Source: Synechococcus sp.
GTDB taxonomy: Bacteria > Cyanobacteriota > Cyanobacteriia > PCC-6307 > Cyanobiaceae
Length of the DNA stretch: 64,000 nt
Assembly: GCA_047285805.1 (NCBI GenBank)
Contig: JBJBCN010000003.1
Span: 320,001-384,000 of the forward strand
Direction: 5' to 3'
The notes beneath the pieces are model-generated. The model was not told the origin of the DNA, ran no database searches, and worked only from the letters and a program-made list of their open reading frames with translations. Shown one piece after another: positions 21,757-31,608 of the stretch (its first letter is position 1; every line of letters begins with the position of its first letter). A program made the translations under genes and the position numbers.

Positions 21757-22682
21757 CTCCAGCCCAGCAAGCGCAGCACTTTTCGGCCCTTACGCAACCA
21801 GTCAGCCCGGCGGCTGCGCTGGAAGAGTCGCCGAAACGTGTCCTCATCACGGAGACGATCAGCCTGCATCACCGTTGGATGACGCAAGGGGAAGCTGAGC
21901 GATCCAGGCTTCCCAAGGGGAGAGCGCTCATCAAGAGTGTGGGTGGCCTCGACGCCAAAACCAATGTTCTCAACGAGCTCGACCGCAGGGATCACGGTCA
22001 AGAACCCCTGCTGCCAGCAGCTGAACTGCCAGACCATGTCCCAGGTGTCGATCTGCCCGGCCGCGAGCTGATCCAACCATTCGCCCCAGCGCCGCGCCAA
22101 ACGCTGTCCCCCCAGTTGCTCGAGCCATTGACCATCGCGGAAGACAGGCCAGCCAATTAGGTCAGGGTCATTGCAACGCCAAGCCCGCCGCCAGCTGGCC
22201 CAACCCCAGCAATGGCTGTAGATCGAGAACCGGTAACTACTGCTATCGCGAGGAGGGCGCCGCTGATGGTTGTTGGCCGCAATGACGCCAACACGCTCGT
22301 CATGGCGATAGCGCTCAAGCAACTCCTGACAGAAGAGGAAAAAGCTCGGGTCGGCGACGATGTCGTCCTCCAGGACAATCCCCTCCTCCTCCTGCTCAAA
22401 AAACCAGTCAAGTGCAGCAGTAACCCCAGCACGACAGCCCAAGTTTTCTTCTTGGAAGTGAGTAATTAGCTCACATGGCCAAGTAATATATTTGCTGCGA
22501 TGCTGCACAAAAAGAGAACGTGTCGCGTTACACCTAGCTAAATCATCGACTTTATTGACATCAGGGCCATCTCCAGCAACGTAAAGCCTCTTTGGCGCAA
22601 CATGTTCCAGAGATTGCAAGACATGACGAGCGTGGTCAGCCCTGTTGTAAATGATGATGAGTACAGCAGTGTCGAACAGCAT
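21750..22682 (-). CDS. GT-A nucleotide-diphospho-sugar transferase (GT2-like)
   Basis: IIYNR, AGDGP, ENLGC, IVLEDD, HCWGWASW, TWD, VENIGFG. Confidence 0.85.
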   Translation of the reverse strand: MLFDTAVLIIIYNRADHARHVLQSLEHVAPKRLYVAGDGPDVNKVDDLARCNATRSLFVQHRSKYITWPCELITHFQEENLGCRAGVTAALDWFFEQEEEGIVLEDDIVADPSFFLFCQELLERYRHDERVGVIAANNHQRRPPRDSSSYRFSIYSHCWGWASWRRAWRCNDPDLIGWPVFRDGQWLEQLGGQRLARRWGEWLDQLAAGQIDTWDMVWQFSCWQQGFLTVIPAVELVENIGFGVEATHTLDERSPLGKPGSLSFPLRHPTVMQADRLRDEDTFRRLFQRSRRADWLRKGRKVLRLLGWRC

Positions 22683-22936
22683 CGGAACCTGTCTTGGCAG
22701 ATTACTGGAATAAAGAGAAGCTCATTAGGCACAATCAAAGCATGGAAGCCGTGAATCAGGAACCTTGAGGGACATAGATGTCAAGACTCCAACAGTCGAC
22801 ATAGAGAGCAGAAACTAAAAGTATGCGCAAATTGAACTGGCCGAACCAAAGCATGAAGGGCCATGGAATGAATAGCAAAAGATTCATTAGTCTGCACTTA
22901 TCAGTGAATTGGACAGGACGAGACCGCTGAACATTA

Positions 22937-25339
22937 TTAAGGAGCCAGCCACCAGTAGCCTACCCAGTAGAAAAAACTGATGCAGCCACAAGCCGCCAAC
23001 CAAGGCTTCAAAAAACGACTACGTAGTTGGAGAAGACCCAGGAGTGAAAGACTTGCCAAATCAATCCAAACTCGCGTGTAGTCTGGGAAACGAGCGAGGA
23101 TTTGAGTGCTTGTGCAGAGTGCAGGAAGCAGGTAAATAGCGGAGGCTAGGCGTAACCATAGAGAAGCTCGGTGGCTAGAAGCAACAGCAGCAAGCACCAG
23201 CAGGGTTGAAACCCACAGCGTGAAGCTCCCAGCATCGAAAAGGCGCTCCAACGGCAACGGCTTAGGGCCAGGCAGAGCGTTGAGACCGAGCAACTGACCC
23301 AGTTTCTGGAATAAGCCGACCCCAGGCCAGCCGAAATGAACAGATGCCAGCAAACCGTCTTGGGTTTGAGCAAAGCGGGTGTTGAGAACCTGGGTCCACA
23401 GCAACAAAGGCAAAGGGACACAAGCCAATGGCAGCATCCAAGTCCAACGGCGCTGCAAAAGGGCACTTAACCCTGTAGAAGCCCAAGCCAAAAGAGACGT
23501 CTCGCGGCTGAGCAACGCGGCTGACAATGCAAACGCGTTTGCTCCTCTTTGTTTGGCGGTCCATGTCACCGCCACGGCCAACAAACTGAGCGTGGCCAAG
23601 AGGTCAGCGGTATCGAGGCTGAGGGTGACCCAATACCCCGGCAGGAGCAACGCTGCGAAACCCCATTGGGCTGTGCGTTGGTGCTGCTGGGACCAAAGCG
23701 CCACAAGCAGTGCAGCACATCCAATAGCGAGCACATTTAGACCGACAAGGGCCCAAGCGATAAGCCCAGGCTGACCGAAACCCAAGGCCCAAGCCAAAAA
23801 CGGGTAGAGCAGACGCTTACCGCGATAAACCGGGTTATCCAGCGCCTTGCTAGTTCCCGGGTCCGTCTGCCAAGGGTCCATGGCCAGAGCGAAGTACTGT
23901 TGACCGTCATTACCCCGCTTGCCATGCAGGATCACCAGATCCTGTTTGGCGACCTTAGGAGACAACGGGAACTGATCACCTACCCTTGCAAATCCGGTCG
24001 GGTTGCCGCCGTACTTACCAAAGACCAAGAGCAGCATGACGACCAGCGCAGCCAAGGTCGAGAGCACGCCCACACCGACTGGCGTGATGGCCCGGCTACT
24101 CCCTTGAACTACCCCCTTTACTCCTGACTTCAGGACAGGCCAGCTGGGCCAGAGCGGACAGGCCAAGGGCAAGCCCCAAAGCTCCCTGAGCCAACGTCCT
24201 TCGTACCAACACGACGTCGATGGTGGGATAGGCACGGGCTGTAGATCCGCCTTGATATCAGCCGCCAACTGGGTCCAGAGGGTGGTGAGTTGCTTAGAGC
24301 CATAGGCCGAGGACATGTGGATCCGGCCAGCCTGACCTAGACGCAAACAAAGCTGCGGATCCAGAAGTAGGGCGATGCAGTGCTCAGCTAACTCCTGATC
24401 GCTACTAGCGAGCAAGCCTGTGGTGCCATCCAAGACGGTCTGAACCAGCGCGTTGCGCCGGGGAGCCACCACAGGGATCCCACAGGCGCTGAACTCCGCG
24501 GCGCTCAGGCAGAACGTCTCATCCCGACCCGAGGGATTCACAACCCCAACAGCAACATCCGCGAACGCCGCGTAACGCTCAAGCCCCAAACTGCCCTCGA
24601 AAGCAACTCGATCACTGAAACCGCCCCGATCCAAAAGATCACGGCAGTAATGCTCGTAGGGCGTCAGCGCAGATGCACCGCCCCCCGCGTAGAGATCGGC
24701 ACCGCCAAACACCCGCAAGCGTGACTGAGGACAAGTAAGGGCAATCTCTGGCCACATACGTGCAATGCGGTCAAAGGCTTTGAAGGGCGTAATCGCGCCG
24801 ACGTAGGCAAGATCCCTTGGTGATGCTCCCTGCTCCAGATCAGGTGGAACAAGCACGGGATTGGGAATGACACAGGCGCGCCGAGCCAAGCGGCTGTGAC
24901 GAAAGGCATCCAACTGGGCACCACTAACCAGAACCCAGCGCTTCAGGGCAGGAAGGCTTTCAAAGAAGCCCTGCTGGTCGCAGCCAAGGTTGTGGCACCA
25001 GGCCACAAGCGGAAGGCTGCTCTGGGACAACGCTCGCTGATCAGCCGGCGAAACAAAACCGGGACGAAACACCAAACAGACGGCACCAGCAGCCTCGGCT
25101 TTGGCAAGTGCCTCCCCAAGACTGGAGACCTGACGGATCAGGCCATCTAGGCCAGCCACCGCTTGGGCAGCGGTGAGAAACAGCAAAGGCGCACAGGCCT
25201 CAGGATCAGAATCCAGAAGGGCAACAGAGGCCAGAAAGGCGAATTCCGTACCACCAATTCCAGGGTTACCAAGGCGTGGATCCCCCAGCGGGCCCTTAGT
25301 GGAGAAGCCTCGGTTGTCAAGAAAGAAAGCGAGGCGCAT
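22937..25339 (-). CDS. Two-domain fusion: N-terminal GT4 glycosyltransferase plus C-terminal GT-C-like membrane domain (AZOBR_p60025-like)
   Basis: GIGGTE and DETFCLSAAE in first ~410 aa; then TM, GNDGQQYFALAMDP, YRGKRLLYP, SRET and ~10 TMs, all in one uninterrupted frame; ATG 25339 preferred to TTG 25363. Confidence 0.75.
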   Translation of the reverse strand: MRLAFFLDNRGFSTKGPLGDPRLGNPGIGGTEFAFLASVALLDSDPEACAPLLFLTAAQAVAGLDGLIRQVSSLGEALAKAEAAGAVCLVFRPGFVSPADQRALSQSSLPLVAWCHNLGCDQQGFFESLPALKRWVLVSGAQLDAFRHSRLARRACVIPNPVLVPPDLEQGASPRDLAYVGAITPFKAFDRIARMWPEIALTCPQSRLRVFGGADLYAGGGASALTPYEHYCRDLLDRGGFSDRVAFEGSLGLERYAAFADVAVGVVNPSGRDETFCLSAAEFSACGIPVVAPRRNALVQTVLDGTTGLLASSDQELAEHCIALLLDPQLCLRLGQAGRIHMSSAYGSKQLTTLWTQLAADIKADLQPVPIPPSTSCWYEGRWLRELWGLPLACPLWPSWPVLKSGVKGVVQGSSRAITPVGVGVLSTLAALVVMLLLVFGKYGGNPTGFARVGDQFPLSPKVAKQDLVILHGKRGNDGQQYFALAMDPWQTDPGTSKALDNPVYRGKRLLYPFLAWALGFGQPGLIAWALVGLNVLAIGCAALLVALWSQQHQRTAQWGFAALLLPGYWVTLSLDTADLLATLSLLAVAVTWTAKQRGANAFALSAALLSRETSLLAWASTGLSALLQRRWTWMLPLACVPLPLLLWTQVLNTRFAQTQDGLLASVHFGWPGVGLFQKLGQLLGLNALPGPKPLPLERLFDAGSFTLWVSTLLVLAAVASSHRASLWLRLASAIYLLPALCTSTQILARFPDYTRVWIDLASLSLLGLLQLRSRFLKPWLAACGCISFFYWVGYWWLAP

Positions 25340-25904
25340 GGACCCAGTGTCGCCAATAAGCAACAGAGGGATATTATCATTGAATTGCTCTGGCTTTCCC
25401 TAAGCTAAGTCCCACTTAATTGATGATTCGGCTTGGAACGTAAGGCTTTGCTTGACGCAAATAGGGAGAGGATATAGGCGCAAGTGAATTGCCCTCACAG
25501 GCATTGCCTGCATAGACAAGGCAGGCATCTTCATGGAATCTCAAAGTCGATGCGCATAAGAAGATCTGGAAAAGTTGCGAATCCTGAAATACCTCCAGCG
25601 ACACAGAAGCGACCACAACCACGGCAGGCCAAAAAGTGACTTGCATGAGGACGTAAGCTTGCGTTGAAAGGCAGCTCTTAGATGAAGGCTTTACACCTAT
25701 TGCTTCCCGGCGCACATACCCTGTCCCAAGCCACAGAGGCATCACTTAGAGCTAGCTGTGCGCTATATGCAGCAGTTTTTTTCGTGTTATACTTCAAAGG
25801 CAAGGTCGGGACAAGCCTGACATCGATAGCGATCATTTGGATATTAACCAACGCCATCTTTATTTGCGCGGCGTTTTTGCTCTCTAGCCTTTCACGCTAA
25901 TCAA

Positions 25905-27230
25905 ATGAGGAAATACGCTTCGGCCCTATCACGAACAGTTCTAACTGTTGCATCAGTCTCCGCGTTCTTAGAACTACTGTTATATTCATCCGGACAGGCG
26001 TCTGCATTTGGCGACCTACCCAGAACGCTCCCTGGCAAAGAATTTTCAGACTTATTCATTTGGTCGCACAATGCACATGGTTGCGAGATAAGCCCATGGT
26101 TAATGGAGGGTGCAAACCAGTGTTCGGAGGGGCCCAACTTCAACTATCCCTGGTATCCCATCTTTATACTGAGAATTTTAAGGATTAGCGCTTCAGAGAA
26201 CACTTTGCTTGGCTTGCTTATTGGCATCGCCTCGATAGCCGCAACTCTGGCACTCTGCAAATGGTTTGCAAATGCCAACGGCTCCAACAAGAATTGGATT
26301 TATATCTGCACAAGTGTTTTCTTGATGTCCAAACCATTCAGATATGCGCTCGAAAGAGGCCAGCCGGACTTGCTAGTCTATATAGCCATCCTGCTTACCA
26401 TATATCTATATAGTTGCAGGTCACACGCAAGTGCCACTCAAAGGATCGGTAAGTTTGGTTATTCCAAGAAGAGAGCACTGGGCATGCTTGCAACAGCCGT
26501 GGCTACACTTATTAAGCTATACCCAATTACCAGCTTCTTATATTTAGGCCTAAGAGCTCTGCGCGAGGGCGAAACATATCGACCATCCTTGAGGCCAAAG
26601 GTGTCAAGTTATTCCTTTGGCAAGATTGCACTATTTACATTAAGCAGTGCGGCCCTAATCGCTTTATGCATTAAGCCATACGTACTTACAAAGAGTTACA
26701 ATATCTTGAATCTTGGCGGGCACGGGTTTGGATGGCTGGTTCATGTCTCTGAAAGCACAAATCAGGGTACTATTGCGAAGACATTGTTTGTGGTATTTGG
26801 AATGTTATGTGCATTCTCATCTACAGAATCTGTGTCAAGAAACTTAGGCGGCCTTGGTTCCAGGAGCACCCAGAATGCGATAAGCGCTATATTAATAGGG
26901 TCAACAATAGTCTGCCCTCTTTATCTGATTACTGAAAGCATTTACTATAAGTGGATTTTCCTGATGCCTATTCTGGGAGGTGCGTGCGTGATAGCCGGTC
27001 AAACTGTTGACGGAAGGTACCGCGAATTAGGTGTATTGCTCGTCGTTCTATGTGTGATCAGCCTAGATTTGCCATACTTGCCTTATTCGGCAACATTAAC
27101 GCATGGACTTGAAGTATTCACCACATATTCCGTACATCCTTTATTGATAGGAATTTTACTGGGAGTACTAGCCATTGACGCCGCCAGGTATACAGGCTTG
27201 GTCATATTCAAGAAACAAAAACACTATTGA
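25905..27230 (+). CDS. GT87 (DUF2029) family GT-C glycosyltransferase
   Basis: FSDL, FNYP, ALERGQPDL, IKLYP motifs with many TMs. Confidence 0.75.
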   Translation: MRKYASALSRTVLTVASVSAFLELLLYSSGQASAFGDLPRTLPGKEFSDLFIWSHNAHGCEISPWLMEGANQCSEGPNFNYPWYPIFILRILRISASENTLLGLLIGIASIAATLALCKWFANANGSNKNWIYICTSVFLMSKPFRYALERGQPDLLVYIAILLTIYLYSCRSHASATQRIGKFGYSKKRALGMLATAVATLIKLYPITSFLYLGLRALREGETYRPSLRPKVSSYSFGKIALFTLSSAALIALCIKPYVLTKSYNILNLGGHGFGWLVHVSESTNQGTIAKTLFVVFGMLCAFSSTESVSRNLGGLGSRSTQNAISAILIGSTIVCPLYLITESIYYKWIFLMPILGGACVIAGQTVDGRYRELGVLLVVLCVISLDLPYLPYSATLTHGLEVFTTYSVHPLLIGILLGVLAIDAARYTGLVIFKKQKHY

Positions 27231-27290
27231 GGAATTAAAATGGGTCAAAGGCCTAGGCAAATGAAAAATAAAAGATGGAAATAGTTTCTA

Positions 27291-29033
27291 ATGGATCAAA
27301 CTGATTCAGGGCAACTTGAAATGAACATGTTGATGCAAACCGATAAGTCATGGCAAGAAAGGCATGCCCTGCTCGTCGCTGCAGTGGTGGCTGGGGTCGT
27401 CGTTTGGCTACCGCTGGGAGCCTACGGGGTTCCACTCGACACGCCAGATGGCTTTTTACATTTGGGGTGGGCCGTGGCTTGGGCAAAGGCCTTCCAAGGT
27501 GGCTGGTTTTGGCCAGTTTGGAGTGATCTGCCCTGGGCTGGAGCAGGCAGTCATGCCCTATTGATCTACCCACCTCTATTCAGGCTCCTGGTAGGCATTC
27601 CGCTGGTTGCCGGCGTCCCGCCAGACCATGCCCTCGCCAGCGGCTTGCTGGTGGTGACGTTGGTCAACTCGGTGGGTGCCGCAGTGCTCGCCCAACACTG
27701 GTTAAGCCCAGGGAAATGGCGCTGGTACCTGCTAATAGGGGCGGTCCTCAACCCCTACTTCCTGGTAAACCTCTATGTCCGGGGGGCCTGGCCCGAAGCC
27801 TTGTCTCAAGGATTGCTGTGGTGGCTAACCCTAGGCCTACTGGGGCTGAAGCAAGAGAGGCGCTGGGGTATCGCTCTCAGCAGTCTAACCCTGGCTGGGG
27901 TGATCTTAAGCAACTGGAACGCCAGCTTGCTCACAGCTCTGATCTGGCTGATGGCAGCTGGAGTGGTCTTGCAGGGATTGAGGCAATGGCGAAGTTGGCT
28001 CTGGAGTGGAATCCTGGCCCTGGCTGTGACGTCACCGTTCTGGCTTCCAGCACTCTTGGCCTTGCCGACCGTTAGGCCTCCAATTCCAGAAGGTCTGCTA
28101 GCCGGGGAATTCTTTGGCTCAGGCCAAGCCGGACAGTACAGCTTCGGGCGCTTGATTTGGATTCAAGCCGTGGTGATCGGCGCGATCATCATCAGTCGAT
28201 GGCTGGGGTGGAACCGCTCAGTTGATCCCATTGGGCGCTGGGGACTGATTCTCGCCACAAGCGGTCTGGTCCTGATGCTCCCTGTGAGTGCATTTGTTTA
28301 TGAACTCGTGAGTCCGCTGCAGCGGATTCAATTCCCGTGGCGGTGGCTTAGTCCAACCTGGATGGGCGCCTTGCTCTGGTGGGCCTCAGTAGGGGTTCAA
28401 CCCAACGCAAGACTCAGCCGGTCGACATGGAGACGCGTGGCCTTGCTACTGGCTGCGCTGGTTGGAGTTGGCGCATGGTTCGACTCACTCTGGAGGTTTC
28501 GCACAAACCTCATCGGACATGCACCAAGCCGTGAGGAAATCCAGGCAAATCGGAAGCTGTTGGCCTGTGACCCCCTAGTTCCTTGTCCAACAGGGGTTGG
28601 AGCGCTGCCAAGCACTGGAGAACTCAGCAAACGATTTAAAACGACAAGCGATGGGCGAATCGCCCTCTCTGGCGTCCCTGACTACAGCCCCGCAGAGATC
28701 CCAGAGAGCTCGTGGAACAAAAGGCTAAACATTTTTTGGCTGCCTAACTGGCCTCAGAGGGAATGGTCATCTTTCTCCGGGTCCGGCACTGTCAAGATGA
28801 CATTCAAATCACCGACGGAGCGGCGGTTGCTGGTGGACGCAAAAACCGCGGGGAACTTGAGACTGATGCAGTGGTCAGATCCACGCTGGCGAGTGCTGGT
28901 CAAGCCAGCGGATGGTTCAAGGGCTTGGAAGCGAAGACCTCTCGATGCAACACGCGATCGACAAGGATGGATCATGATTCGGTTGCCGGAAGGCACTTGG
29001 GACGTGGCCTTGCGCTACAGCTATGCACGCTGA
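27291..29033 (+). CDS. GT-C membrane protein (PTPS-related membrane protein family); start uncertain
   Basis: DTPDG..H, WFWPVW, YPPL, NPYFLVNLYVRGAWPE, SPFWLP, IQFPWRW. Confidence 0.75.
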   Translation: MDQTDSGQLEMNMLMQTDKSWQERHALLVAAVVAGVVVWLPLGAYGVPLDTPDGFLHLGWAVAWAKAFQGGWFWPVWSDLPWAGAGSHALLIYPPLFRLLVGIPLVAGVPPDHALASGLLVVTLVNSVGAAVLAQHWLSPGKWRWYLLIGAVLNPYFLVNLYVRGAWPEALSQGLLWWLTLGLLGLKQERRWGIALSSLTLAGVILSNWNASLLTALIWLMAAGVVLQGLRQWRSWLWSGILALAVTSPFWLPALLALPTVRPPIPEGLLAGEFFGSGQAGQYSFGRLIWIQAVVIGAIIISRWLGWNRSVDPIGRWGLILATSGLVLMLPVSAFVYELVSPLQRIQFPWRWLSPTWMGALLWWASVGVQPNARLSRSTWRRVALLLAALVGVGAWFDSLWRFRTNLIGHAPSREEIQANRKLLACDPLVPCPTGVGALPSTGELSKRFKTTSDGRIALSGVPDYSPAEIPESSWNKRLNIFWLPNWPQREWSSFSGSGTVKMTFKSPTERRLLVDAKTAGNLRLMQWSDPRWRVLVKPADGSRAWKRRPLDATRDRQGWIMIRLPEGTWDVALRYSYAR

Positions 29034-30000
29034 TCGACACCAAAAAGAGCCTCTCTTGAGCGCAGTCATCCCGTTCCTCAATGAGGAGGAATGCATCCCT
29101 GCCTTGATTGCAGAGCTGGATGACAGTCTGAGCAATCTGGGCATCACCTTCGAGCTAGTTCTCGTTGATGACGGAAGCCGAGATCAGTCTGTAGCGGTGG
29201 CAAAAACAGAGCTGAACAAACGACCTCAGATCAAAGCCACCGTCATCAGCCTGTCTCGGAATTTTGGGAAAGAGGCTGCACTCACAGCAGGTCTTGAGAC
29301 CGCTGATGGTGATGTGGTTGTTCCTCTTGATGCCGACCTTCAGGACCCACCCGCGATCATCAACGAGATGCTGGACCGCTGGCGTGAGGGCTACGACGTT
29401 GTCTATGCCGTCAGGCGGCAAAGAGCGGGAGAAAGCAAAACGAAGCGTTTTACCGCCTACGGCTTCTACAGGCTGATGGGCCAGTTAAGCCAAACAGGAA
29501 TCCCCGCTGATACAGGTGACTTCAGGCTGATGGATCGCTGTGTTGTGGATGCTCTACTCAGGCTGCCCGAACGGAGTCGCTTTATGAAGGGCCTGTTCGC
29601 TTGGGTTGGCTTTCGACAAACCGCGATTTATTATGACCGAGATCCACGAAAGCTCGGTCAAACCAACTGGAACTATTGGAGACTTTGGAACTTTGCCATT
29701 GACGGAGTCACCTCCTTCAGTCGGATGCCGCTGCAGGTTTGGAGCTATGTAGGCCTCCCGATTGCACTGCTTGCCTTAGGTTACGGAGGGTGGATGGTTC
29801 TACGCACACTGCTGTTCGGGATTGACTTGCCTGGCTATGCATCCCTCATGACGGCAGTGTTATTCCTGGGCGGGATTCAGCTAATAGGGATGGGAGTTCT
29901 AGGTGAATATCTCGGGAGAATCTTCGAAGAGGTCAAGCAGAGGCCCTTATACCTAGTCAGGGAAAAGTGGAAGTCCAACGATGGATATATACAAGATTAG
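29023..30000 (+). CDS. gtrB: GtrB/YkoT-like polyprenol-phosphate glycosyltransferase (GT2 with two C-terminal TMs)
   Basis: LSRNFGKEAALTAG, DADLQDPP, GDFRLMDR, RFMKGLFAWVGF, GEYLGRIFEEVKQRPLY. Confidence 0.9.
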   Translation: MHADRHQKEPLLSAVIPFLNEEECIPALIAELDDSLSNLGITFELVLVDDGSRDQSVAVAKTELNKRPQIKATVISLSRNFGKEAALTAGLETADGDVVVPLDADLQDPPAIINEMLDRWREGYDVVYAVRRQRAGESKTKRFTAYGFYRLMGQLSQTGIPADTGDFRLMDRCVVDALLRLPERSRFMKGLFAWVGFRQTAIYYDRDPRKLGQTNWNYWRLWNFAIDGVTSFSRMPLQVWSYVGLPIALLALGYGGWMVLRTLLFGIDLPGYASLMTAVLFLGGIQLIGMGVLGEYLGRIFEEVKQRPLYLVREKWKSNDGYIQD

Positions 30001-30026
30001 TCAGAAAGACTACGCAAAGGATTTTG

Positions 30027-31490
30027 CTACTTCTTGCAAACCACGATGCGAAGTCCCTGGCATTGATAACCTCTCAACCGAGCCACTTTGGCAATGTTTT
30101 CTGATTCCGTGAATTCGTCAGAGCCCCCATAAGAGAAAACAAAATTCCTTAACTTCTGCAATAAGTTTGCAGGAGCCTCGGCGAGCTGAACGGCGGGGGT
30201 AATAAGAATGTCATATTCTTTGTCTACGAGATCTTTTTCACGGTAGAAGATTTCTCGCCTACCAGAAAAATGAGAAGCTATTCTCTCATGTGCCCAGACA
30301 CTAAGGTGAGGAGAACTAAATTCTATTTCGTAGTGAAACAGCGAGGGGGCCAAGTGCCAATGTTGCAAGTACCGAGTAGGGAAGAAAGACCATTGCGTTA
30401 ATAACAGGAAGGATAGTACCGAAGAAGCCAGGTATAGACGAATTCTCGCAAGCGAGTAAGCACAATAATCGAGAGAAGCCGAGCTCTTAGCGGAATCCAA
30501 TGCAGCCAGCATTAAAAAGATTAGAACTGGAATTTGATATTGATAAATAGGGCTCCGCATTACATCAGCTTCAGACAATATATTAGCGAGTAGCAGCGGG
30601 CCAGCAGCAGCAGCAGCTGGAATGATTTGAGGCCAACGATAAAGTGCAAAAAAAGGAATCAATAGGCTTGATAGATAAAGAAAGGAATCGCGGTTAACGC
30701 ACGCACTCCAAAAATCAGCAGGCCTCATGAAGACCGAGGCTAGTATGTCAACATAACTATCACCCAAGTGGCCATATCGAGAGTTTGCATAACTCTGGTA
30801 TGCGTCAACGATGCTCGAGGAGAATGCGAAATAATACAAGGCAAAACCCATGACGGCGGTGGAAAGCCAGAAACGACGCCGAGAAAATGAGTAAATAGAA
30901 TAACCAATTGCAAAGAAAGCCATGGCCTCCTTTGAAGCTACGAATAGCATCAACAAGACAACCGAGACAATATATTTTTTTCTACGGAGAAAGATAAGCG
31001 AAGCGAGGCCCAGAAAAGAGAACGCAACCTCAGGATGGAAGTCATTTAATGCAGAATTAATCAGGAACGGATTTACTAAAATACCAATGGTGACCAGCCT
31101 TCGAGATGCTCTAGAAGAAGAGGATTGAAACAGCTCTCGGAGAAAGAGAGTCGCCAGCAAAGCTAAACCGGCTGATTGAACGAAGAGAAGCGTATAAGCT
31201 GAGGGTAAGAATCGAAAGAGCTGTCCTATAGGAATTAAAAGCAATGAGAAGTGATCGCCGAGAGCAGGTTTGATGAATTCCGTAAGAGAAGAGGGGGCCC
31301 AGAATTCTCCGATTCCTGACAAGTAAGACCATTGAGTAAAGAGTCCAAGGTCATAGACTCCTGACTGCAGACTAAAGTGCCTGAAGAATGAGAGCGAGAT
31401 ATAAAAAGATAAAAACAATAAATAAGTGGGGAGAAAGTATTTCTGTTTCTGAAAAGCATCTCTCATATGTGGCTCCAACTCAATGGTCAT
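30027..31490 (-). CDS. DUF2079 family membrane protein (GT-C-like), copy 2
   Basis: YDLGLFTQ, LGDHFS, NDFHPE, SKE, RYGHLG, YQY motifs. Confidence 0.8.
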   Translation of the reverse strand: MTIELEPHMRDAFQKQKYFLPTYLLFLSFYISLSFFRHFSLQSGVYDLGLFTQWSYLSGIGEFWAPSSLTEFIKPALGDHFSLLLIPIGQLFRFLPSAYTLLFVQSAGLALLATLFLRELFQSSSSRASRRLVTIGILVNPFLINSALNDFHPEVAFSFLGLASLIFLRRKKYIVSVVLLMLFVASKEAMAFFAIGYSIYSFSRRRFWLSTAVMGFALYYFAFSSSIVDAYQSYANSRYGHLGDSYVDILASVFMRPADFWSACVNRDSFLYLSSLLIPFFALYRWPQIIPAAAAAGPLLLANILSEADVMRSPIYQYQIPVLIFLMLAALDSAKSSASLDYCAYSLARIRLYLASSVLSFLLLTQWSFFPTRYLQHWHLAPSLFHYEIEFSSPHLSVWAHERIASHFSGRREIFYREKDLVDKEYDILITPAVQLAEAPANLLQKLRNFVFSYGGSDEFTESENIAKVARLRGYQCQGLRIVVCKK

Positions 31491-31608
31491 TCAAGTATAC
31501 AAAGAAATGGCCTGGAAGGCATGAACTTTATGAGGCAGAGTATAGGCAGGGCAGTTTGCTCGAATAAGATAGGTATGCAACCGCAAAGTCAACGCAAAGA
31601 GCGACACC

